Shown here piece by piece: positions 12,510 to 24,800 of a stretch of 64,000 nucleotides of DNA. This stretch comes from Felis catus (taxonomy: Eukaryota), in assembly GCF_018350175.1 (NCBI RefSeq), contig NC_058382.1, forward strand, positions 59,956,001 through 60,020,000, given 5' to 3'. Numbering within the stretch: the stretch's first letter is position 1; every line of letters begins with the position of its first letter. Both the position numbers and the translations under genes were made by a program. The notes under the pieces are model-generated. The model saw only the letters and a program-made list of their open reading frames with translations. It made no database searches and was not told where the DNA came from.

Positions 12510-15500
12510 CTGGAAAAGGCCAAACAGAAAGGAATGCTGGTCAGAGAGCACTGCAGAGACCACACCGCAAGTTCTGGAATGTTCCTGGAGCAAAATACGT
12601 GCTGAGCCACCTGACCCACGCAGGATTCCCGACTTTGCCCGGGACCAGGAGCGAGCAGGTGGAGGACAGCGTGGTCGTGCCGTGGGCCGGGGGCCTGGCC
12701 GCCAGCCCACCCGGGAGGGGTCGGCAGCTCTGTAGACCCTTGGTCGTGTGTGGTCTGTGCACCCAGAAGGGCAGATACGGGGGGGGTGGTGCAGCCCCAG
12801 TCACCCCAGAGAACACTCCCGTGACACAAGCCCCGGGTCAGCGGCACCTGGGCCTGACTCTGCAGTGCTGGGAACGTGACCCGTCAGCAAGCATCAGCAT
12901 GGAACTTCCTGAAAATGACTCTGAGGTGTCCCTGGACGTGACCAAGGGGCTGCCCAAGGGTCAGTGTCGCCCACAGCCAGTGGGTCTGCGGGCCCCCCGG
13001 GGATGGGAGGGTGGACGATGCCAGGGGAGCCCAAGTTCTCAAGGGACCCCACACCACCCACAAGTGACCGCTTCAGTCACCCCAGGAACAGGACGCGACG
13101 GAACGTGAGGACGTTGGCAGAGGGGACGATGGAAGGGAGGTTCCCATAAAGCCTGTCACCCCCCTCCCTGGGAGGCCTCAAAAACAGCACAGAGTTTCCT
13201 ACAGCAAACACCGCGGTGGGGGGGTGGAGAGAAGGGACCCCGATTTCTGTTTCTGGGTCCATTTTCCTATGCTGATCTGGACTCTGCCCTCAGGCCTGTG
13301 TGTCCCGACCCCACAGGTGTGCTTGGGCCTTTGGTCCCCGGCCTGAGCTGGGAGGTGGATGTGGGATCCTTGAGGTGCCCAGCCCCTGCCCCCCGATGAG
13401 GCCACGGTCTCGCGAGGAGCTGAACAGGCCCCGGGGTGGCTGGCATCTCACCCAGCCCGCTGCCCGCACGTGACCTGTGTTGGAGACCCGGGTCGTGGGA
13501 CTGCCTGGTCACAGGGTGGTCACCAGGCTGGGTGGGCGGGGACAGTGCCGAGTGCTGGCTCGGGACAGCACACCCTTCAGCAACACCCCACAAGAGCGCC
13601 CGGAGCCCCTCTGGGCTCCGTCCCGGCGGCTCTCCTATGGAAATGGTCCAGAGTATGTCCTCCTTTACGTCTGCAGAGCTCCGCCGCATCCCGCAGCCCT
13701 GTCCGGGTACTTTTGCTGTGCAACAGCTGGGGAAACTGAGGCCGGGGCCACCTGCCCCGGGGGTGGGGAACTGCCAGCACGCAGTGGGATCTAGGATCGT
13801 GAGGGCTAACGGGTCTGACCTCAGGGACCGCGTGCGTGTCCACACCACCCTACGCCTCCCAGAATGCCGAGCTGCTCCAAAGAGTCTGGGGGAGCCCGAT
13901 GAGACGGCTCACAGGTCCTGCAGAGACTTCCAGAACACTGGTGGTCTTTCACAATAAAGGCTCCTCACAAGTAACGCGGGCTTGTCTCAAACCTGTAATT
14001 CTCCCATCAATCTGCCCAGTTTTCCTACTAGGATACGCCTCTATGCACCCTGGTTACTATTCAAGTTAAATTTCTTTTTTCACACGCTGGGATATGGGTT
14101 TGGGTGCAGTTGTTAGAAGTGGCCCCCACCTGAATTAGAGACACCGCGTGTGTGCGTGTGCACATGTATTCACGTGTGTGTAATCCGTGCACAGTGTGTG
14201 TGCACGTGTGGGCTGGAGACGCCCCAGGCAGGCGGATGGCTGTTGCTTTTGGTGACCACCACCCATGGGAAATGCCGGTGGCTCAGAAGGACCCCTGTGC
14301 CCTAGGGATCAAGTGCTGGAACAGGGATAAAATTCAAGGCTTGATATACAGCCCTGGGGTTTCCAGGTAAGCAAGTTTTCAGCCCCAGGCCCCGTAGCCT
14401 CAGGGTTCTCATCAAGGAGTCACTCGTGCTGCGGTCACCAGCTCAGCGTTCTGACACGGACACACGGTCCTCCGCCTGAGACGAACGTGCTGGGCACGGA
14501 ACCCCTGATGTAGAACAGTATTTTCTGGGATTTATAAGCTTGCTTTTGCAGTGTCTAAAATGCCAGGAAAATACTAGCTGCTGGGACCAAACACGATTAA
14601 AGAATCTCACTGGGGGCCTCAGCCAGGTCTCTCCCAAATAGCCCATGAGATTTCTATTCCTAGGACCAGCGTGGCTGGGTCATCTGCCGGGACCTCCCTC
14701 AGTTGTCTGGGGCCTCACTCTGTCTGCAAAGTGCCCGAGGTCCCTTGGAGGAAGGCGGACACCCCAGCACCGCCAGACCCCGCAGCGTGGAGCGTGGCTG
14801 GCGGGCCTCCTGCTCCTGTCCCAGCATGGGCTGGGGCAGGCACCAGTCAAACCTCAGCTAGTTCCTCCAGGCCGTCTCCCGCCCCGTCACCTCCCACAGG
14901 CACGGTGGGCCCGGCGGCGGCACACCAGGGACAGAGGGAGGGACAGGAGCCTGAACTGCCTTGAGAGTGGCCGGCTCGCCTGCGTCCCCGGCAGGGCTCC
15001 TGGCCGTGCTCAGCCTCGGCCTGTGCTGGACGCCGGCCCAGAAGGGAGACCCGTAGCTCCTCCGGGCTCCCGACCAAATGCTGGCCAAGCACGCGGCCCC
15101 TCCTTCTTGACGGGCATCAGAGAGTGGGCGCTGGGTCTGCCGGCTCCGTGTGGCACTTGGCCTGGGCGGCCACTCAGGGACACTGGCTGTGCCTGCCCTC
15201 ACTGTCCTGGTGTCCTGCTGGGGCTGGAGCCCTAACAGCAGGCATTCTGGAAGGAGGTCTGGAGAGCTGGCGGGAGGCCCCGCCTGCCCGTCTCCAGGCC
15301 AGCGAGAAGCGGGCGAGACAGCCACACCTCCGCTGAATGATGTGTGTCGGCAGCTGCACCGAGCCCGGCGGCGACGGGGGCGGTGAGCAGGGGGTGGGGC
15401 GCAGCAAAGAGACACAGACTGTCCTAGTGAGGAGGGCAGACTCTAGACCCCACGCGTGGTCTCCAACACTGGCCTGCCCTCGGCAACCAGGGGATGTACG

Positions 15501-16765
15501 GCCACGTCTGGAGACACTTGGGGCTATCGTGGCTGGGGACATTTAGGGGGCAGAGGCCACGGGCGCTGTTGGACACCCTGGAAGGCAGAGGGCAGCCCCC
15601 AGATGGCAACAATTCGGGAACGGAAGCCCGGTCCACACACCGCTGCTCCCGTGGCTGGGGCAGACGCGTGAGCTGCGCCGGCCGTTCACTCCCCCAGACC
15701 CCAAACTGGGCTGCACTGGACACAGGTGAATGACAACAGTCCCCCGATGGCCACTATGCTCCAAGCTGACCAGTCGGTCTCTGTCCGCACCAGGCCCCAG
15801 CCCACTCTGTGAGCAGACAAGACTGATGGCGATGGACAGACAGACGGCACCTCCCGCTGTAGGCTCCAAGTGGGGGGCAGAAACCCTGGGACCCACAACT
15901 GACTGGGTCCCCTGTGCCAGCACCCCTTCTCTGCAATTTTTCTGCAGACCTCGAAGCGGCCTCTAACTGCTGCCTCAAGAGAAGGCAGCTTGCCACCTCG
16001 GTGGGCCCGGCCCTCTGCTCGTCCGTGCCGCGGGCTAGCCCGGAAGCCCCTCTGCTCAAGTCTGCCCGTCCCAGCCCTAAATCCCCTAAGTCGCAGCCAC
16101 TGCCAGCGCCCTCCCGGACGGGCCGCGAGGAATGTGCACGCCAACGCACGGCCAGACGTGCCCGTCGGCAAGCTGTGATGTCCCAGCAGAGCCTGCCTCC
16201 CACCCACTGGGACCCCCTGAGAACCGGGGTAATTGGCGGGCGGATGCTCAGAGGCCCCAGGGAGCTGCTCTCAGGGAAAGCCAGCCCAGATCTCTGAGTC
16301 ACACGGACGCAGCCATGGGAGTCATGGATGACGGGTGGGGGAGGGCACCCAGTGGCCCTTTTTCCCACCAGGGAAGTGTGCTAGACCCGTGGCTCCTGAA
16401 TGAGGACAAGGGCTCCCTACAGGGTCTGCGGCCCCTGAGACCCAGCCTGACCTCTGTGTGGGAGGAAGGCCTGGTCAGGCGTTCCCAGGCCTTCTCTGGG
16501 GCCCCGGGAGCCTGTCAACGCCCCAGTCTGGAAATGGGCAGTGGGAGGCAGCTGCAGAAAATGCCAGAACTCTAGGTCTGGCCAGGCCCCATCCCCACCC
16601 AGGGCTTTCCCACAGCCGGACCAGCCCAGGGGCACCCCTCCTGGGACGGGGACACCACGGGAAAGTCATCCCAAACTGGGGAGCATCCACCGTGCTGGAA
16701 CCTTCTGCCTCTGCTCCCACTTTATCCCTCTGGGGCCCCAGGGGATGGCCGTTTATGCCAAGAGA

Positions 16766-17095
16766 TGTGCTGAACAGGGTCCCCCCAATTCATGTCAGCC
16801 CAGAACCTCTGAATGTGACCTGATTTGGAAAAGGGTCTTTGAAGATGGAATTAAGGTAAGGATCTTGAAACGAGATCGTAGATGAGGGTAGGCCCCGGAG
16901 CCCACAAGTGTCCTTACAGGACACAGAGGCCACTGGGAGAGGCCCGGGGGACGAGGCAGAGAGGGCACAGTGCTGCAGCCACAAGCCCAGGGACGCCAGC
17001 AGCCTGAACAGACACGGAGGAATCCCCCTGAGTTTCAGAGGGAACGCAGCCCTGATTCTGGGCTTTTGTCCCCCAGAATTGTGAGCAGGACAACA
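16766..17095 (+). mobile_element. MLT1 (ERVL-MaLR) LTR remnant
   Basis: cagaacctctgaatgtgacctgatttggaaaagggtctttgaagatggaattaag and ccagaattgtgag are typical MLT1 motifs. Confidence 0.75.
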
Positions 17096-20000
17096 GGACA
17101 CTGTCTGCAGACAGACCGGCGGGCCCCGCTCTGTCTGGGTCAGACTCCCTGGTCTCCGCTCTGTGCCTCACGGACGTGCCTGGGATAAGCTGCGGCCTCG
17201 GGCTCCTGCTCTGTAAAATGGGCTGTCACCCGTGGGGCCACCAGACCTCCCGGGCAAGTCAGCTCTGCACGATCAGAGCCCTCAGTGGGCCTGGGGACAA
17301 AGCACAGCGAGGGGTCTCCAGCTCCGTCCAGACACCAGCATCCTCGGAGAGGGTGCATCCCGCCGGCCGGTTCACCACGTTCCTCTCTCCCACTGTCCCA
17401 CCCCGGGGCGAGTCCCAGACGCCCGGTGCCTGTGCTCCAGCTCTGCCTGAGGTCTACGAACCGGGCAGGAATCTGGGTCTGGGAAGGCTGAGAGGTCAGT
17501 GCTTGTTCACCTGGCCAGCGTCTGTCGCAGACGCCCCCGTCTTTTAACCCCTTGGAGGAGCTGGCCCCTCGGCCTCGAGATCTGCTGCAAACCTCAAATC
17601 CCAGTTGGAAGGGGCCCACTCCCTACTGAACAGGCCGCCAGAGACCCCTGGGAACGAACCGTGCCCAGCGCAGGGCTCTGTGGCTGCTCTGCCCCACCTC
17701 CCGTTCCTGGCCGCCCCAGGGCACAGGCGAGCCAGCAGGAGCTTTGATCTCCTGCCACAGGGTGGCCCAAGCAGACCATGTGATTTCGAATCTGTTACAA
17801 CTCTGGATGCTGAGTTAGTGCAGACGCGTGCAGACCCAAAGAAAAGGCCTCGACTAAAAATTATCGAAGAACATCCACAGGAAAACACCACCAAGCCTGC
17901 CTCGATGGTAGCTTTGCCACGCCTTCCCAAGTAGCCCCGTGACCTATGGCTCTCAACGTTCAGCGGGGAGATGGGTCACGGGCACCGGCCACCAGATGAT
18001 GGCCCTGCCCCACTCCACAGTCCCATCCCTGTTCCTGGGCCACAGGTGACCAGTGCAGGGTAGAGAAACCGAACCCTAGCCCTACATGGCCCGTTATAGG
18101 GTCCTGCGGTCCCGGCCTGACCCTGAGCCCCGCTGAAACGAGCCCCGACGTCCTCTGCGAGGGGAGGCTAGGCCTGGGAACACTGAGGGTGTCCGGCCCC
18201 CCGCTTTGAGGGGCGACAGCCCACTTCCTCGCTGCCAGGGGCTTGCCCATCCTGCCAGGACCGTCCCCCCCCATCCCGAGCGAGACCCCCTGTCACTTTG
18301 GGACGGTGCCCAGACACAGGAGATAATCAACACGGAAGCCAGGAGCTTCCACTTGTGGTACAAACCACGGCCAGGTGTCCTGGCAACTGGGACGAACGTC
18401 CCAGAAGCGGGGTGAACTTCTGTGAGCTGCTGGGGGCTCGGGAGGGCAGGGGGCTGGGGGGCAGGACTGCCTGGCGCATGGAGACTGCGCCTCCCACGAC
18501 CTCCCTCAGCAGAGGGCATCGTGCAGGGGGACGCGGCGAGGGAGGAAGCACTTTTATCTGTACAACTGGGCCGTCCACACTGGCCGCTCTCCCCCCTCCC
18601 GATGCTGCAGCCCACGCAAAACCACAAGGGTCCCATTGTGTGCCCCCCGGGAGGGGCCTGGGCACAGGGACGCGCCTGTCGCAACCCGCTCCCACCTTCT
18701 GGGCTGGGAAACGCCTACTTGGCTTCGGGAACAGCCTGACCTCGGGGCCACGGCCGCTGCACGGTGTCCAGTAAGGAGCCAACAGAACAAAAGACACAGC
18801 AGGTGGAGGCGGCCGGCAGGTACGGGCCTCAAAGGGCCTCTGTGGCCTCCCCGGCCAAGCGGCCCACCCACGCTTTGTGCGGCAGCCACTGGGTCTGAAA
18901 TGCTGACCTGAGTTCCGTCTCCCCTTCGGAGGACGCTGGGAGCAAATGCAGACAACTCGCGTGACGCTGGGCTCGCAGGCCCGACCCCACGGGGCCCCCC
19001 AGCCCCAGCCGCAGGGTAGCTGAGCTGCTCCCACGCGGGACGGCTTGGCCCGGGACCCTGCAGAGCAGTCTCTCTGTTCGACTCTGTGCCTAGCCGCCCC
19101 CTCCCGCCCTCAGTCCCGGTCCCGGCTGGCGCCTCGTCCGCCCGCCCGTCTGCAATTCTGTTCACGTGCTGTCTGGGGTCCCCAGCCCACGGCCGAGCTC
19201 TGGCCAGCAGGGGCCACCGGGGCCAACAGACTTGTACTCGGGGCCCGGGAAGTTCTGGCGAAGGACGGTGTGATGAACAACTGCTCGCAGGTCTCGAGAT
19301 AACGAGCCCAGTGGGGCCCACGGCCGACCCATGGCCGGCTGGCCTCAAGTCCCTTCGGCGGCCCTTGGGCCCACCTAGGTGCTGGGGGTGGGGGTGGGGG
19401 TGGGGCGGACACCGACCACCATGCCCGGCGGAGCGGGGCGCCCGTGGTCTGCGCGATGCTTGGGCACAACCAAGCCACCAGCACGGGGACCCAGGGCCTC
19501 CGGCAGGCGGGCCTACGGACTCCACCGTAGGAGAAGGCGGTCGACGTCTGCAACGACGTGCCCCCCAGAAGGGAAGGCATTTGTCTGGGAACGACATAAA
19601 TCTCTTGAGGCAAACCAGGAGACCGAGATTCTACAGGCGCTGCCCTGTATCCCAAGTTGAGGAAGGAATTGCTCTGGGGAGGAGGAGGCTTGCGACAGCA
19701 ACACGATTATAAACATATTAGGTATTCTAGCTGAACAAAAGCCCTTTGCTATCCCTACTGAAATCTGTTTTTACAAAAGTCAGGTCGCCCCCTCCACATT
19801 CCTCATCATACCAGCCAAGCAAATACCTTCACGGGCAAATCTTTTGAAGGCCGAGCGTCCTGGCTACACAAAGCCTGGTCGGCTGGGTCCCACCCACCAG
19901 GCCGAGCTCCTCACGAGGCTTCAGAGTTATTCAGCCCCGACCAGGGTCCTCGAGACCCGAGGAATAAGGAGAAAGATAAGGTCCTGTCTTAAAGAAGATG

Positions 20001-21513
20001 CCAGAAGCCGAGCCCCAGGACGGCTCCCGGAGTGCGGCAGGAGCACCCAGAGGCACATACTGGGGCACGTCCCGCCCCCACCCCCAGCCCTGCCCGGGGG
20101 GCTCACCCGAGCGTGGGCTTCCCGGGTGATCTGACACCACTGAGGCCAAGGCGCTGGTCGGACACACTCTCAGGATGACGTCCAGCTCCTGAAGCAGCGA
20201 CCTACCTTCCACAGAAAGTGATCTGGAAATCGGCCGCAATTTCCCCTTCGAGGCCGACAGAACCAGAGCCCGTGGGTGCTGGGTGGTCAGAGTTTCCTAC
20301 ACGTTAACGTGCTCGATGACGCCGATCTGCCCAAACTCTCTGGATTCTTGCTGCCACTTTACTAGGTCAGTGTGGACCAGCACGTGGGCCTCTCTTTACC
20401 CCCAGAAGAGGGCCCGTGAGGGCAGGCACTGTGGCGGCCACCGCAGCCCCGCGTGCACCCAATTCTGCGGAGTCACGCGCGCCCCCCTGCACAGGGCCAT
20501 GGTCTGTGGACGCTGGGTCCCCATAAATCACAGTGCCCCGCGTGGCCATTACAGGGAAGGAAACAGGAGAGTCCGGAACCACAAGATGAATTTCTGGGTG
20601 TCAGAGCAGACGCTCAGAGGACACGGCAGGTGTGGGGCCACGAGGGGTCTTCTACCCACTCCACGCCCAGCTAGCCAGCAGCTGGGTGAAGAGGGTGGAC
20701 GGGAACAAAGACGCCTGCAGCTGCCCACGTGGGGTGTCACAGTGGGGAAGACCGGCACCAGACCTGCAGCTTGGCGCCAGCACGGACCTTGGACAACGTA
20801 AACCCAGTCCGAATCCCGGCTCGCCCCCACGACCAGGGGAGTCAGGCTAGGGGGAGCACCGGGTACTGCCTTCCCGCACCCCAGTGCCCTGAGGGCACGC
20901 AGAACGGGGCCAATGCAGGGGCCGGGAACACGAGCTCCGTCTGTGTGCCCCTCGGCGACCTTCTCTGAAGGGGCCCTCAGGAGCTGCCCTGCACCAGCCG
21001 CTGCGGGATCTCTGACACCCTCCTCCGTCCGCAGGAGAAACCTTACTTCTGTTCCCGGCGCTGCGGGGCCGCACCACCACTGAAAGCCGCCAGACGCCAG
21101 GGCCGGGGAGGGGGGAGGGGGGAGGGGGGGTCCCACATCCTCCCTGGGGGCGGCTACGCTTCATCGGACAGGCCCTTAAGATTTGTGCTCCTGGATGCGA
21201 CATCCGCCTCAGCAACAGGCAAACCAGCAAGGGCTCCACCCCGCCGTGCCCTCCACGCGCTGGGCACAGCGCCAAGGTCACTCTGCGAACCCCCACGTCA
21301 CCATCCGACCCCTGCCCTCAAGTGTGGGTAGGAGAGTGAGGTTCGGAGGGGACGGGGCGGGTCCGTTTCTCCCCATCGCTCGCGGTGGATTTAACTTGTG
21401 GGTGATGCTCAGTCTCTCTACCGATGGCTCAAATGAAACCGTGCGCACACGGGCACGGCGGACGTGCGGGGGCCCGGGGCACTCGGGGACGGGGGCCCAG
21501 AGGTTACACTCAC

Positions 21514-21639
21514 CCTTCCCGATCTGGATGAAGCCCAGGAGCACGATGAGGGCCAGCGCCAGGAGCTTGGCGGCAGCGAAGGCATCCTGGACTCGGGTGG
21601 CAGCCTTCACGCTGTAACAGTTCACGGCCGTGAGCAGCA
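21514..21639 (-). CDS. SLC7A5: LAT1 exon 2 ([20 protein letters not shown]...FIQIGK)
   Basis: Acceptor tctctctacag; donor G|GTGAGT; 126 nt. Confidence 0.98.
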
Positions 21640-21764
21640 CTGTAGAGAGAGGACAGCAGTGAGAAGGCAGCCGGCGGGTTCTGCTATGCTTGACCTTCTC
21701 CAGGCCCAAGGTCAAAGGCGGAGGACTGTACCACTTGACTCTCAACGAAGCTACAGTCCCACAA

Positions 21765-21766
<2 letters not shown>

Positions 21767-21807
<41 letters not shown>
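21767..21807. repeat. C41 homopolymer
   Basis: 41 consecutive C. Confidence 0.9.
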
Positions 21808-21808
<1 letters not shown>

Positions 21809-24800
21809 TCATCAAGGAGTTTCAAGGGATGAATTTCCAAATTTCCACCTCCTACAGGGAGGTCAGCACAGCTGGCCCCGCCCCTCCCCCACCCCACCTG
21901 CTGCACACCTGGGCGGCCCCGCCTTCGGAGGGTAGGTTGCAAACGCACATTTGCACTCGGAGGAGGCTGCGCTCGCTGTGCACGCCTCTCACAGTCTCAG
22001 CTGTGCACGCCTCTCACGGTCTCAGCACGATTTAGGTGCCCGCACAGCCCACCTCACTTCCTGAAGGCAAGGAACCCTTTCTGCAGAGAGAACCTGCTGG
22101 AATCCCACCGAGGAAACAGGTGAGATAGTAGTAGCACAGAACTATTTCACAAGCCAAGTACTGGCACCATGGGGCGATTCTGACACGCGAAGTGGGGACT
22201 TAAGGTGAGGCCACAGCCCGGGGCGCGGGGGGCCAACACCACTCAGGCGGGTCCAGCTGGTAAAGAACACAATAGGCACTCACCCCCGCCCCGTCCTACT
22301 GCTATTTTCACAGCAAACACTGAAGACAAAATCACACCTATCACAGACGGCCCCCCCCCAGTCCCCCAACGTGGAAGGGAGGGAAGATGGGACTGGGCAG
22401 GGGGTGCTGCCCAGGCAGGCTGCTAAACCAGGCTCCATAAGCTCGCCTGGACACGCACACCCAAGCCCCGCCGGGGCTCCCTGTGGGACCCTGGACCTGA
22501 GCCAAAGTTGGGATATTCGGGTGTGCAGGAGACACGGGTAAGTAAGTGCTCAGGGACCTCATGGCCACCCCATAAACTCACAGCAAAACAAAATTATACT
22601 AGAACAAAGGAAAGAAACAAATGCTCAACACCGAGACCTTCCGATTCACTATCTCTAACTCTCATATGCTCAGGTGGTCTACAATGCAGACAGACGCTCT
22701 AAGGGTGAGCTGGTCATGCTCTGGTCCTGACTCTGGGCACGGCACCTTCACGAAGGTGCTAGAAATCGGCTGTGCAGGGACTACTCACAGCAGGAAATCC
22801 TCGAGAGCACAGGGCTGGAGCTGGGAGGGGCCTCTCCATGAACCCCCCAGGGCCCCTGCCCTCCCCGCTTCTCTGAGGACTGCAGAAAGGTAAGAAACAC
22901 TGGCAGGATCTGCTCATGTTTTCTCTCTGCCGGTCACAGCTAACCCAGGGCCGGCAGACCCCAGGTGGCTCCTTTCCCCAGCCAGAGTAATTAAATGTAA
23001 TTTTACAGTTCGGGGAGCAGGACCCAAAGAAATAAATCCACACTAATGAAGTGGATGAGGCAGTTCAGGTAGAAGAAAACAGGAACTCTCCCCAGCGCGC
23101 TCTGGAGAAGATTAAGGCTCCGGCTTCACCGGCCACCTGCTTATCGCTCCAGGAAATTAACCGACACCTTAATAGCACCCTCCCCCACTCCCATTTTCCT
23201 CTGCTGCCCTGAGCTCTGGCTGATGCAATGGCCTACCAAGATGGGGCCGTGCACTAAGGGTTCAGGTGGAAACTGTCCTGAGAGCAGTTAGCCGCCCTTC
23301 CTAAGCTGAAACAGTCAGAACGTCCCCGCGCTGGGTGACAGCGCAGAGCTGCGACTTTTGGGCCTGGCCCAGCCCCCTGGGCTCCTCGGCTGTGGTTCTG
23401 CACCTGCAACCTGCAACGGCCAGGTCCGCAGTAAGATGAGCTGCCTCAGGGCGGCGGGGCTCGAGACACAATGTCCACATCCCCGTCCTGAAGTAGGAGC
23501 CGCGCCGGCCAAGATGGGGGACCCAGGTGTGCCCGGGGCAACCAGCACTGGTGACCTTCACTGTGTGGCCCCGGGGAGCGGGCACAGGCTCCGTCCAGGC
23601 CCTCAGAGCCAACAGGGAGACGGCTGTGGTGTATTAACCACGTCAGCACTGCCATTCTCAGCACAGAAGACGAAACAGAGGCTCACAGTGGCCCCCCGTG
23701 CCCAGGTGTTAGGGGGCAGACCCTCTGGGGCCCTTCTGACATCCCCCAGGAATCGCAGTGAAGGGCAGGGACAGGATGAATTCCCTCTCCCCGCACTGGT
23801 ACTGATCCAACCTGCCGCAGGGCTGGGATCCAGGATGGAAGGGCCCTGAAGGTGAGGCCGGGCTCGGGGCTGTTCCTTCCTGCCACCCGGTCCCAGGGAG
23901 CCTCTGCACACCGAGAGGGTGGGGCCGCCGGGGGCTTTTCCGGGATGGCCTCACATTTCCTTATGTGGGAGTGTGACCACCTTACAGGGGAAGTGGGGGA
24001 AGGACTCTGGCGCCTCGGCCGCTCCCCGCCACCACCCCCCCCCAGCCCCAGAGCGTATTCGGCAAGAGGCCGGCCCATTGCATCATTCTTCCATTCATGC
24101 CCCGGGAGGGGGAGGGGGAGGGGAGGTGTGGCGTAGCCGAGGCGGGAGCCTGCTTCTTCCGCCAGCCCTGCCCCCCTGAGCCGCGCGCCAGGCTCTAGAA
24201 ACCCGGAACGGCACTGCCGGCAGAGCGCCACCGGCTCTGGTGGCACGACTTGCTCCCTGGGGTCTCTCCACACCTCTCCCCGTTTCTCAGGCTCCAGGAC
24301 GGGGAGCCGGCTTGCCCAGAGACCCCAGCTCACGGGGGCAGGACAGAGGCCAGGGCCCCTCCGTCGGGAGTGAGCCCTGCCCGCGCCCAGACCTGACCCG
24401 CTGCTCCAGCTAGAACATCCTGAGCCCCAGGCAAGGAGGGCCGGCGGGCTGCAGGCTGGAGGGGAAGGGAACTGATCACAGAACAAACAGGACCTTGTAA
24501 CACTTACTTCTTTTAGAAAAGGGATTGAAACATCTGATGAAATTCTAATGTTCACTTACTTTTGGCCAACGAGTAAATAAATGCTTGAACATCCTCCTTA
24601 GTGTTCCTTTTTAAAACAGTTTCAAAATGAAATGTAATCTTAAGTAAATACACGAATTCATCAGGGACCCACTGTCCTGTGGCCTCAACAGAAGCAGCCC
24701 TGGGGTGCCGTCCAGAGCAGTGTCCGTGCATTCCGGCCACCCTGCCTTTAAGCTCCTACACCTTGACAAGATGCCTTCAGAAGGGGGGGGGGCTGCTGGG

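Noticed and set aside
12572..12584. Isolated perfect HSE (another at ~44808)
   Set aside because: Single motifs with nine fixed bases can occur by chance in 64 kb; no clustering.
18327..19712. Overlapping 200-350 aa ORFs in SLC7A5 intron 2
   Set aside because: Open on both strands, P/G/R/A-rich, and expected at this GC content.
21975..22026. 25-bp tandem duplication (similar short ones at ~56060 and ~41387)
   Set aside because: Ordinary slippage duplications with no sign of function.
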